IMG/VR virus record: IMGVR_UViG_3300037245_004196
DNA length: 64,000 nucleotides
Source of the DNA: an uncultured virus (IMG/VR IMGVR_UViG_3300037245_004196)
Lineage: Duplodnaviria; Heunggongvirae; Uroviricota; Caudoviricetes
Strand: one strand, 5' to 3'
Shown here in pieces: positions 53,264 through 63,550 of this stretch. The position numbers and the translations under genes were made by a program. Position 1 is the stretch's first letter. Each line of letters starts with the position of its first letter. The notes under the pieces are model-generated. The model was not told where the DNA came from. It saw only the letters and a list, made by a program, of their open reading frames with translations, and did not search any database.

Positions 53264-53622
53264 TGTTGCTCTTTATTCCCGAACATGTTCCAATGATCCT
53301 GGATGGAACGAAAACACAAACCCGTAGGATTTGGAAACGCAAACGATGTAATGTTGGGGCGATTCACCTTGCAAAAACTATGATGTTGTCGAAAGAATAT
53401 TTTGCTAAATTGAATATTTTACGGGTATGGCAAGAGCCATTAGGCGATATATCAAGAGCTGATGCAATCGCAGAAGGTTATAAAGATGGAAATGATTATC
53501 TCAATGCTTTTTTCACAATCAATAAAATAGGCCCATTCTTTCATAATAGGATTTCTTATTTGGAAGGATTGGTTTGGTGTGTGGAGTTTAAACTTGTAGA
53601 AGGTGGGGGAGTAAATGAATAA
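53242..53622 (+). CDS. ASCH (PUA-like) domain protein
   Basis: ILDGTKTQTRR...LGDISRADAIAEG...VWCVEF. Confidence 0.88.
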   Translation: MEGGIFLMLLFIPEHVPMILDGTKTQTRRIWKRKRCNVGAIHLAKTMMLSKEYFAKLNILRVWQEPLGDISRADAIAEGYKDGNDYLNAFFTINKIGPFFHNRISYLEGLVWCVEFKLVEGGGVNE

Positions 53623-55028
53623 AAAGAAGACACAATACCGCTTTGGGGTTATGATAGAGGAATTTGTCAATGATGATCATTTTGAAATCGTCCATAATTA
53701 TACTACCACTAAAATAATGGATTTTGAAACAGCTAATATTATTTTTAATGCCTTGAAAAAAGATATGGTGAAATTAATATGAAACACAAGAATAAAAAAT
53801 GGATTTACATTAATAAATGCCCGTTTCGAACAGGAAGCAGTATTGCTCAATGTATTCATCCCACCAATGTTCACGAAGGAAAACCACACGATTGTTTATT
53901 GGCCCCTTGCCCCTTTTATCGTACTGGACATTATATTTTAATCGAACAATTCGCAAAGGGAGAGAAGATTTGGGTATGGCAAGCGCGAATGCGAAAAGAG
54001 GCAGGACCGGTGGACATTCATCCAACCAAAGTTGTTATTGATGATACACCATCAAAATGGGAGGGTTCTTAATGGAACATCGTTGTGTGAAATTTACGAC
54101 AAGAAATATAGAAATTTTATTTAATGATTTGTGGAAGGAATGGGAATGTATTACTCCTTGTGTGAGGTTTCAAATTAATGCTTGTCCCTTTTGTGAATTA
54201 CATCTGGAAATTGAGCCATCAAAAGATTGGATCAAAAAGAATTGTTGGATTGAAGAAGAGGTGAAAATAACTAATGGACAAAACAGAAAAATTATTGATT
54301 TCAATTGACAAATCGTTGAAAGCCTTATTGAAAATAAAGAAAGATCAAATAAGAGAAAAGAAAGAATGGAGGAAGAGAGATGACCCTAAAAGTAATATTT
54401 GATTATCATGATGGATTGTTCCAAGATTTTATTATTGTATTGCAAGAGTTATTTAAAGGGCCAAAATGTGTAATAAATAAAATCCTCATTCCAATTACTA
54501 AATTTGATGAATCTCCATTTCTTTATGATGAAATAGATATGTGGTTAGAAGAAATTTATGAGAATTGTCCTGATCAAGATATTCCGGAAGAATATCTGGA
54601 ACTTGATGATTATTATAAAAATCCGGATGATCCTAAGATGACCAAAAATACTAAGAAACATGAATTTTGTGGATTGAAAAATAATACTGATGATTATTCA
54701 TGTAGTTTTGATGAATGTCCAAAAAGGAATTGAAGATAAATGACAACCAAATGCCCTAAAGAATTGAAAATTAAAATAGAGGAATATATTCATGGAGAGT
54801 ATCATTTTGATGATAAGAAATGGAATGATGATTTGTTTGTAATTATTGATAAATATTATGAGGAACATCCAATCTCTAATGAGTGTGAATGGTCCAATTG
54901 TCATAATAAGCGTAAACAACATGCTGTGAATGGAGCGGGAGATATAGTATATTCTCTTTGTGAAGAACATCTTAAATGGTATAAAAAACATGTAAAAAGT
55001 TTTCAGCTTTTATAAAAAGGGGATCTTA

Positions 55029-55925
55029 ATGAAAATTGGATTAATCAATGTAGATAGTAAAATCCCGAATTTGGCCCTCATGAAAATATCTGGATATTTT
55101 AAAGCACGCAATCATCAAGTCGAATGGTTCAAACCTCTCTATGCTTCTTCTTTTGATAAGGTTTTTGCGTCTAAAATATTTACATTTACCCCTGATTATG
55201 GTTATTATCCCGTCAATGTGATTAAAGGTGGATCCGGTTATGATCTAAATAAAGTTCTTCATCGTGATGTTGAACACCAATTTCCAGATTATACCCTTTA
55301 TGATATGGATTATGCAATGGGCTATTTAACCAGAGGATGTTATAACAAATGCCCTTTTTGTATTGTGCCTCAAAAAGAAGGGAGACTTCATAAACATGCG
55401 GATCTGGATGAATTTTGGGATGAGCAAAATAAGATCATGTTATTGGATAATTCCTTAACTGATTTTATAGAGGCAGAATCGTTATTGACGCAAATAAAAG
55501 ATTTAGGTCTTAGATTAAATTTATCTCAAGGGTTTAATGTGCGAACTATTCAACCTAAAATAGCGAAAATTCTTTCAGAAATTAAATTATGGCCTACTAA
55601 ACAATGGCATATTGCTTGGGATAATATCAACGAAAAAGATAAAGTATTGAAAGGAATTAGGACATTGAATAATGCAGGGATTAAGAATTGGAAGATTATG
55701 TGTTATGTTTTAGTTGGATTTAATACCTCACAAAAACAAGACCTTCATAGGATAAATCTTTTAGAAAAATTAGGGGTAGACCCTTTCGTAATGACTTATG
55801 TTAAAAACAAGTACACGCGCACATTGTCTAAATGGTGTAATCGCAAACCAATCTTCAAGACTAATCCGGATTTTTTACAATACACTAAATTATTAAAAAA
55901 TTATGGAGTAAAAGATAATGGCTAA
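55029..55925 (+). CDS. Radical SAM protein
   Basis: TRGCYNKCPFC; N-terminal PNLALMKISGY; YVLVGF. Confidence 0.88.
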   Translation: MKIGLINVDSKIPNLALMKISGYFKARNHQVEWFKPLYASSFDKVFASKIFTFTPDYGYYPVNVIKGGSGYDLNKVLHRDVEHQFPDYTLYDMDYAMGYLTRGCYNKCPFCIVPQKEGRLHKHADLDEFWDEQNKIMLLDNSLTDFIEAESLLTQIKDLGLRLNLSQGFNVRTIQPKIAKILSEIKLWPTKQWHIAWDNINEKDKVLKGIRTLNNAGIKNWKIMCYVLVGFNTSQKQDLHRINLLEKLGVDPFVMTYVKNKYTRTLSKWCNRKPIFKTNPDFLQYTKLLKNYGVKDNG

Positions 55926-56054
55926 AACCTTAACTGAATTATTGGAAGAAGAACAAAAAACAAGATTAGCACATGCAAAATCTTTCATGAACAAAATACT
56001 GAAAGAATTCTTTGACAAAGAATGTCCAGAATTTAAAGGCAAATATGAGATTGT

Positions 56055-56720
56055 ATGGAGAGATATAGAATGAAAATCTTAAATCTGTTTGCAGGAATCG
56101 GAGGTAACCGGACCCTTTGGGGTGACCAACATGAAATCACCGCGGTAGAATATGATTCAGAAATTGCACAAATTTACCAGGAAAGATTTCCCGGAGACAC
56201 TATGATTATAGGTGATGCTTTAGAATATGTGCGTGACCATCTTGATGAATATGATTTGATATGGGCATCTCCCTCATGTGTCACCCATTCTCGCCTGAAT
56301 ATACCAACCTCTGCCCAACATGGGTGTTTACCTCCCATTCCTGATGACCGAACATTATATGGTTTAATTCGATGGTTAAAAAAATTCCATAGGGGAATGT
56401 GGGTTGTGGAAAATACTATGGATTACCTGGGTTTTTTGATTCAACCAACATGTAAATATGGAAGACATTATTTTTGGGCCAATTTTAATATTCCACAAAA
56501 AATATTTGCACCACTTCATGATATGGATCACAAATCATGGAGACAATTATGTGTCTTTCATCAAATAGATCCAGAGACCATTCCTTATATGAAATGGAAA
56601 AGAAATAATGATAAAAGAAGAACAGTTCTCCGGAATTGTGTTGATTATCATATCGGAAAATATATTCTGGATTGTGCCATTAAACCTAAACAAAAAACCA
56701 TGATAGAATTTTTTCAATAA
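56055..56720 (+). CDS. C5-cytosine DNA methyltransferase with C-terminal PIP box
   Basis: LNLFAGIGG, WASPSC, VVEN, RNCV; ends QKTMIEFF. Confidence 0.85.
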   Translation: MERYRMKILNLFAGIGGNRTLWGDQHEITAVEYDSEIAQIYQERFPGDTMIIGDALEYVRDHLDEYDLIWASPSCVTHSRLNIPTSAQHGCLPPIPDDRTLYGLIRWLKKFHRGMWVVENTMDYLGFLIQPTCKYGRHYFWANFNIPQKIFAPLHDMDHKSWRQLCVFHQIDPETIPYMKWKRNNDKRRTVLRNCVDYHIGKYILDCAIKPKQKTMIEFFQ

Positions 56721-56756
56721 AAAGAAAAAAAACGCGCCCAAGAGACCTGAGCGCGC
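56719..56756 (-). terminator. Hairpin plus T-run at convergent junction
   Basis: GCGCGCTCA/TGGGCGCGT followed by TTTTTTTCTTTT on the minus strand. Confidence 0.6.
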
Positions 56757-56812
56757 CAAAAAATGAAAAATTATAAATAAGCATAAAATATCCATATTAA
56801 AAAAAAGAAAGC

Positions 56813-56923
56813 CTAAAATGATGATACTTTGCGAGCTTTCGTAATTACTTTCCTGGGTTTTTTTGATGATTTTCGATTTTTAGAAGTCCGCGCTTTTTTT
56901 CCTGTTGATCCTTTTTTGGCCAT
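56813..56923 (-). CDS. 36-aa basic peptide resembling the histone H3 tail (not in ORF track)
   Basis: MAKKGSTGKKARTSKNRKSSKKPRKVITKARKVSSF; TAATG overlap with upstream gene. Confidence 0.6.
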   Translation of the reverse strand: MAKKGSTGKKARTSKNRKSSKKPRKVITKARKVSSF

Positions 56924-57788
56924 TATTTTTCTTCTCCAAATATTAAATTCATTGCATTTGCGATATTAAGATATGAATCCTTATACTTTAATCCACATAA
57001 AAAACCACACTTATTACAGTTTAACCGCCAATATTTTACGTCTTCATTCAAAGAGACATAAACAGTATGTCCGCATGTAGGACAAAAACTTGTTATAGTT
57101 AAGCAAAAATCCATTTCACTCATCTTTTTTCTTTTCTCCATTTGTATTTTTCTTTTTATATTTGAGACATTTAGCACAATCATTATAACCAAGTTCACAG
57201 AAATATACTGGTTCAAGATAGGTTCGTCCTATATTATCTTTAAGATGAATACAAGTTGTATCAATCATTCTTTTCACCATTCATTTCTTTTTTAAATTTT
57301 AAATCTAATTCCTTCACAACTAAAACTAATCTTCTCAGATTAAATTTAGCATTGAAACCATCATCAAATTCAGAATAACTATCTAAATCTTTCAGAATTT
57401 CTTCAATATTTTGCTGAATTGTTTTTGGATTACATTCTTTTTGATGTTTCTCTTTTAACTCTGAAAAAAGGGAATGTGAGAAAGCTTGAACCAAGGTTCG
57501 ACATTTATCACAAGTCCAATTATACGCGCTTGAATGTTTATTCCAATTCATGTTTTTCACCAATTTTCATTATATTCATTTCTTTAAAACTAATTTCCCC
57601 TTCTCTTATTGCTTCATGAATATCTGCTATATCTGAATAATTAAAATAAACTACAGCCTTTTTTTTAGCTTTATGTAAAGTTGTAGCTCTAATTATAACT
57701 AATGGCCCTTCTTCATATTCTGATAATAGAAAGTATTTAGTTTTTATTTTTCCCATTGTTTTCACCATTCTTTTTTATTAAAAAAAGA

Positions 57789-59000
57789 TTAGACATTGAC
57801 CATAATGAATTGTTGTTCAAGATAATAGATGTTGACCTTAAGATCATACACGTCATCAATTTGATTATCAATATCTTGATTCAATTTTCGCATTGCTTCA
57901 ATCGTTTTATTCGCTTTTTCCCAATCTCCCTTTGAAACCTGTTTTTGAGCGCGCTTTTTACTTTTCGTTAATTTATTTCTTTTACCCGTAATTAATTTGT
58001 TTCTTTCAATCAGAAGATCAGAAAAATCTTTCATTTCGATTTCAATTCCCTCAAGTTCAAGCTCTTTCTTTTCCATTTCTTCATTAAATTCAAGATCATT
58101 ACTGATTTCCCGATCTATTTTGGTTATTTCGTCTTCTTCTTTTGGACGGCCATAATCATCATAATCATCGTCTTCTTCCTCGTCTTCTTCAACCCTTGGA
58201 GCCAAGAAATAATTTAAATGGGATTGACCAAACAACTTAACTTCAATTTTTAAGGGAACATCAGTTCTTAGAGATAAATCAACACTCGCGGATTTATATG
58301 CTTTTGAATTAGGTGTCCCAAAAATTAAACCAGATTTAAGAACCTGATTTAGAAATGAGAGTGCAAAGACACCCTGAGAATCATTACATACATCAAAATT
58401 ATTCAATTGATCGCTTTTCATTACATTTTTATATTTTCCCATAGTTCCATTATTTGAGAAGATAACACTTTCGTCTTTTACTTCAATTTCTAATACGTCC
58501 GCGACAACGTCTGCGTCCCCCACTATTTCTTTAAGATCCACAAAATTCATATTAAGGGAATTATCAAATTCCATCTCTATTAGGCCATTCATTTCTAAAT
58601 CTTCTTCTTCTACTTCAATATGACCCAAACTAAAATTTCGCGATTTTTTCCGGCTTTCATTCTTAAAGATAATATTCAAATATTTATTTTGAGAAAAATC
58701 AAAAACCAAAGTATCATCTATTTTCCCGCGCTTTAAAAATTTGTTCAAATCACTTATGTTAATACCAACTTCAAGATCTTTCATATATCCGAAGGAATCC
58801 ATATCTTCCTTTGCAATAAAAAGATCTACTAAACAAATGTGGGAAAGATCTAAAGTAGTGAGTTTTAATCCTTCTTCTGTTAATTTCAAAATACATTCTT
58901 CTTTGATAGAACCTACTGCATTGAATAAGGCTTGAATTTGTTTCATCCTTCCACCAATTGCAATTATTCCATTTTCTGTAATCAAACTAAGTTTTTCCAT
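57789..59000 (-). CDS. pcna: PCNA sliding clamp with C-terminal acidic linker and coiled coil
   Basis: EGLKLTTLDLSHICLVDL, GINISDLNKFLKRG, DVPLKIE, YFLAPRVE. Confidence 0.93.
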   Translation of the reverse strand: MEKLSLITENGIIAIGGRMKQIQALFNAVGSIKEECILKLTEEGLKLTTLDLSHICLVDLFIAKEDMDSFGYMKDLEVGINISDLNKFLKRGKIDDTLVFDFSQNKYLNIIFKNESRKKSRNFSLGHIEVEEEDLEMNGLIEMEFDNSLNMNFVDLKEIVGDADVVADVLEIEVKDESVIFSNNGTMGKYKNVMKSDQLNNFDVCNDSQGVFALSFLNQVLKSGLIFGTPNSKAYKSASVDLSLRTDVPLKIEVKLFGQSHLNYFLAPRVEEDEEEDDDYDDYGRPKEEDEITKIDREISNDLEFNEEMEKKELELEGIEIEMKDFSDLLIERNKLITGKRNKLTKSKKRAQKQVSKGDWEKANKTIEAMRKLNQDIDNQIDDVYDLKVNIYYLEQQFIMVNV

Positions 59001-59076
59001 TTTTTTTATTCTCCAATTTTTTAAAAAAAAAAGTTAATTCTTATCTAAATAGAGAAAGTTATACTATTTAAAGTTA

Positions 59077-59113
59077 ATTATATTTGTATAATTTTTTGTT
59101 ATATTTGTATAAC
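59077..59113. promoter_or_regulatory. Pair of RTTATA-N4-TATAAY palindromes, 21-bp spacing, upstream of PCNA TATA box
   Basis: ATTATATTTGTATAAT (59077) and GTTATATTTGTATAAC (59098). Confidence 0.65.
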
Positions 59114-59115
59114 TT

Positions 59116-59595
59116 TTACCAATATTGAGCATAATTATATTTTTTCTGAAAGGCCACATCTAAATGAGGGTGATTTGTATAAAGCTCCCATTTGTGTCTT
59201 CGTAACCAATAAATCTTATATTTGATCATTATTGGAAGTAAACGATTAAGGTGTAAGGTCCTTAAGATATTTCGAAGGGAAGCTGTAGTTGATTTCGCAA
59301 TTTTACAAGCTTTCCATTGTGTTAAATTGCATGAGAAATATAATGCAAGGGCCACAATAGCTTTATTTCTCGCGGTTCTACATATTTTATAGAAACGTTT
59401 TTCAATATCTATAATAATTTTCCTGGTAAAAATCTCTTTCAGATTTAATTCAGGATTCTCTTTGAAAATATCAGTTAAAATTTGTTGGGAAATATCACAT
59501 GATAAGACCTTACAAATTTTCCCAGGATTTGTTTCATGATTTTGTTTGAGTTTAAGAATTCCTTCTCGTCTTCTCATTAATATTGATTTAGTCAT
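59116..59595 (-). CDS. TFB/TFIIB C-terminal cyclin-repeat-like protein
   Basis: RNKAIVALALYFSCNLTQWKACKIAKSTTASLRN resembles TFB AAAALY...TQ.EIA..A..T..TIRN. Confidence 0.6.
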   Translation of the reverse strand: MTKSILMRRREGILKLKQNHETNPGKICKVLSCDISQQILTDIFKENPELNLKEIFTRKIIIDIEKRFYKICRTARNKAIVALALYFSCNLTQWKACKIAKSTTASLRNILRTLHLNRLLPIMIKYKIYWLRRHKWELYTNHPHLDVAFQKKYNYAQYW

Positions 59596-59863
59596 CGTTT
59601 AATCACTCCTATCCCTTGATATTTATAACCAAATTCTAAAGGTATTACAATAATAGATTGATATTTATTTACAGCTTCTTTCATCCATTGTAGTTCTCCA
59701 CTACAAAAGCGAGGCCATCTTTCTTTTAATTCAAATGATGCAGAATAATAATCACCATAAGAATATTTTCGACCATTTTTATCTGTTCTTGTTCTTCGAA
59801 CTAATACATGGCCTTTAAAGATAATCGCAGAAATTCCGGACCATTTAGGCGTTTCTAAAACTA

Positions 59864-60217
59864 TCATATTTTAACCTCCTTTTCTTTTTTCTTTTCAAAA
59901 TTAATCAAATAACCCTCGTCATCAAACACTTGCTCATAATTTCCCAGGTCGATCCCGTCCGGAATTTTAGAAATATTTAATTCTAAAATTAATTGGAATA
60001 TTTTCTTTTTATTTTTCCTCGCAATTTTCTTTTTGTAAAAACCATTAATTAACTCAATAATTAATGAATTGCGCGTTTCTATTTGGTCATCTGTAAATAT
60101 ATTCATTTTCTGATTTTCGGTTAAAATACCAGAATCTATTAGATTTTTAGAGATAGAAAGATAATATTGTTTGATTTTTGTTCCATGTGTTAAGATTTTT
60201 TTTTCCATTTTATTCAC
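59864..60217 (-). CDS. AbrB-like swapped-hairpin protein
   Basis: KQYYLSISKNLIDSGILTENQ. Confidence 0.45.
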   Translation of the reverse strand: MNKMEKKILTHGTKIKQYYLSISKNLIDSGILTENQKMNIFTDDQIETRNSLIIELINGFYKKKIARKNKKKIFQLILELNISKIPDGIDLGNYEQVFDDEGYLINFEKKKEKEVKI

Positions 60218-60237
60218 TATTTTTAGTTTTAAAAAAA

Positions 60238-63136
60238 TTAAATATTGTGATGGTTCGCTAATTTTTCAAGGCCAAGCTCCCACATTTTTCTATGGGCCAT
60301 AAAAACCACTTCCTCTTTGAAGAGAAAAGTATCTCCTTTTTTAAGAGAAATCAACCTTTGAGGCATTGGTGATTGAGTAAAATCTAAAGTTGTGGTTATT
60401 TTTGACAATAGTTGGTACTCAATATTATGCGTTTTCCATTTTTCTAAGATTTTTTCATAATATTTTTCATCTGAAAGATCAAGGTTATTATGACAAAAAT
60501 TAAAAATTTCGCGTTCTACATACAATATTGCATCAAAATCATCAAATTTTAATGAAGCTTCACCGAAAGAAAAAATCTGAAACATTCTTTCTGAATTATT
60601 AGTAAATATTATTTCTATATTTGAATATTCTTTCATTATTTCAGTTTTTAAAAGATCATAATTAAAAAATTTGGCTTTATGACCAATAAAAGAAGGATCT
60701 TTAGAAATTTGGAGGGTGATTTTAGTCATTACTTTCCCCTCTTATCTCTTTAATGTATGGATGGGATTCAATTAAGGTTTTAATTTGACCCGCGATTATT
60801 TTTAAATCCCCCCATTCTTCCGCATGTAATCTACAAGCTAAACCATAAGCTTTCGAGATCGTATAAATATCTCTCGTTTTACTTGATTTTGATCGTAATT
60901 TAATAGTATTCCGCATTTCTCGTAAAATTTCTCCGAGAATCGTTCGCCTTTCATCTAATTTAATACCATTTTGAACGATTTGATTCACAATTAACGTTTT
61001 TTGCACCATATTAACCACACACCTTAATTTGTTTGATTTCATTTAGTGGAATATTTCCAGAAGTGATATCGTCTTCAAAATATAGTATTTCTTCTTCTTT
61101 CCAACAATCCACCACTTCCATTAGTGACCCATCAATGAATGTTATGAGAAAGACCATCAAAAAACACCTCCACGTTCATTTAATACCATATCATAAGTGA
61201 TAAGAGATTTATGAACCACAAAATAGTCTTCTTCTTCAATATTTTCCTCGTGATGCATTGGACTAATTGACTCTCCTTCTTCAAGTAAAAACTTAACCTG
61301 TTCTTCCACTTTTGCAATATATGAAAGAGAAGATCGTAATTGTACAGATTTTAAAGGAGAATCTATAACAAAAACAATCATCCCGATTCGTTCAAGAATG
61401 ACCATTAATACCCCCTCCCATAATCACAACATTGACAGTCTTCCCCACCACATCCATCACAAGGATTATATTTTTTTGCTTTTTTCTTAGTTGGTGATCC
61501 TTTATAACAAGGATAACATTCTTTTTTCCACGAACTTTTAGGAATCATTGTTTCGCAACTTGCACATTTCATTTTTACTGACATTTTTTTTCACCATTGA
61601 GTTTTTGTAAAAAAAGAATAATTTGCACGAGAGAACTTTCATAAATCTGAAAATTTACCGTTATTGGTGTTTGAGTTTTTTCCATTTTGATCACTTATTT
61701 GAATCAAAGGGACATTTCATCCAACAAGGTTCCCCTTTATCATTTTCAGATGGTTCGCAGTCACCCATAGGTTCATCTGATAAATCCATAGACCTTCTTG
61801 TTTGAAGACAAGCTAAATCATTATCGCGTTGAATTCCGTTAATATATGATGAGTAAGATTGTGGCATATTTTTTTTCACTTTTTCCGGTTTTGTTATTAA
61901 AAAAAATTAAACATATTGAACTTCAAAATTACCAAATTCGATTTTTTGTGAGTTTAAATAATTCATTACATTTTTTAATACCAAAAAGGCAAATTCGGGA
62001 TCGTTGATTGTCACTACATCGATTTCAACAATCATTTTACAATTACATGCTTTTCCTGTTTTTACAGCTTTAATTGTTTGATAAGAATAAATTCTATCAA
62101 ATTTACTCATTTCAGAAGAATTTTTCCGCAGTTGGATTAAGAAGGGTTGGATGTGGTTTATCATAGTTTTTCACTTGTTTTTTTCATTTTTTAGTTTTAA
62201 AAAATAATTCCGTACGTTCCTCTAAACTTAAATTTTGCATTCTTTTCTCCATTTTTCTAAAAAGAAACATATATTTTTTCTGATAAAATTCTATCAATTT
62301 ATTTAACCTAATTTGTATATTTAATTCCAATTCAGACAGACCTAAATTATCATACAAATATGAATATAAAGAAGGAAATCCTGTTTTAGTTAATTCCTCT
62401 ATATTTGTAGATCTCCGAATATTGCCCTCAGCAATATCTAACATTTTTGTCCACTTCATAATTAACACCTCCACTTCAAATAAGAAATCGGATAAGCATT
62501 TTGCACGATATTAGATTCACTGAGAAAAGCTTGAAGGGTGATTGATTTTTGCTGGTAATCTCCCGTTAATTCGTTCATATAATCTTCTACATCAAGTACG
62601 GACATATTGGATAAGCCTATTGGGATTGGATTAGTTAAAAGGGCTTTTTCTTCTTCCAATTGCTCAAGATTTGATTCATAAAGATCAACTAAATCTTTGA
62701 TGCTATTCATAATTTCGTTCGTTTCAGCACGAGCTCCTTGCTCATATAAATCTTCAATAGTGATTTCATATTGAGCAATTATTTCGTTGATTTCTCTAAG
62801 AGTTTTTACCATTTTTTTCACGGGGTTTTTTTGAGTTTTATTTTATTAAAAAAATTATAATTCATATTGGATAGATTGAGAGAAAGCTGCTAAAAAATCT
62901 CCATAATTCACAAATTTTAAAGTCTTGTTAGAATGGGCTAATTTGAAGAATGCTTTCACGCGCAAAAATGCTTGGCCCTTATTATCTAATTGTGTAGGTG
63001 ATAATTTTACAATCCCTTTATAATTAAGTTCCATACTATGAATTAAATTATTGAATTGTGCGATTCTGAGATATTCGATAGAATCGGAGTTAATTAAGCC
63101 ATGTTTTTTAGTGTTAAGAAAGTGGGATTGTGCCAT
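60238..63136 (-). other. Leftward cluster of hypothetical genes
   Basis: ORFs 60238-60729, 60722-61042, 61157-61405, 61691-61879, 61907-62164, 62184-62474, 62462-62821, 62855-63136; several have GTGAAAAAA upstream of the start. Confidence 0.7.
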
Positions 63137-63550
63137 ATTTTTTCACGAGTTTTTTTTTTGTGCGACAAGTTATAATTGTTTAACTTCTAATCTTATTATC
63201 GTTCGAAAGTATTTAAACTTATGCATAAAATTATCCCTAAAATATTGCATCTATTCCCCATAATTCCACTTTAATCTACTTAAATTCCCACTGTTTTAAT
63301 GGCCCCAAATCCCACTTTTATTCACTCCATATTCAACATTAATTCACTTTTTATTCGCTCTTAATTCGTGCTTAATCTGCCTAAATTCGTTATTTCATTC
63401 AGAATAGAGATCACTTTATGCGCGCAATTTTGAAGTATTTTTGTCGGCATTTTGTCGAAATAAAAGGGGGCGGGGTAACGTAATTATATATATTGGGCGT
63501 GCTTTTAGTTCATTATGTACTTAGATTTGGTGTTTGATATAGAGGAAATC

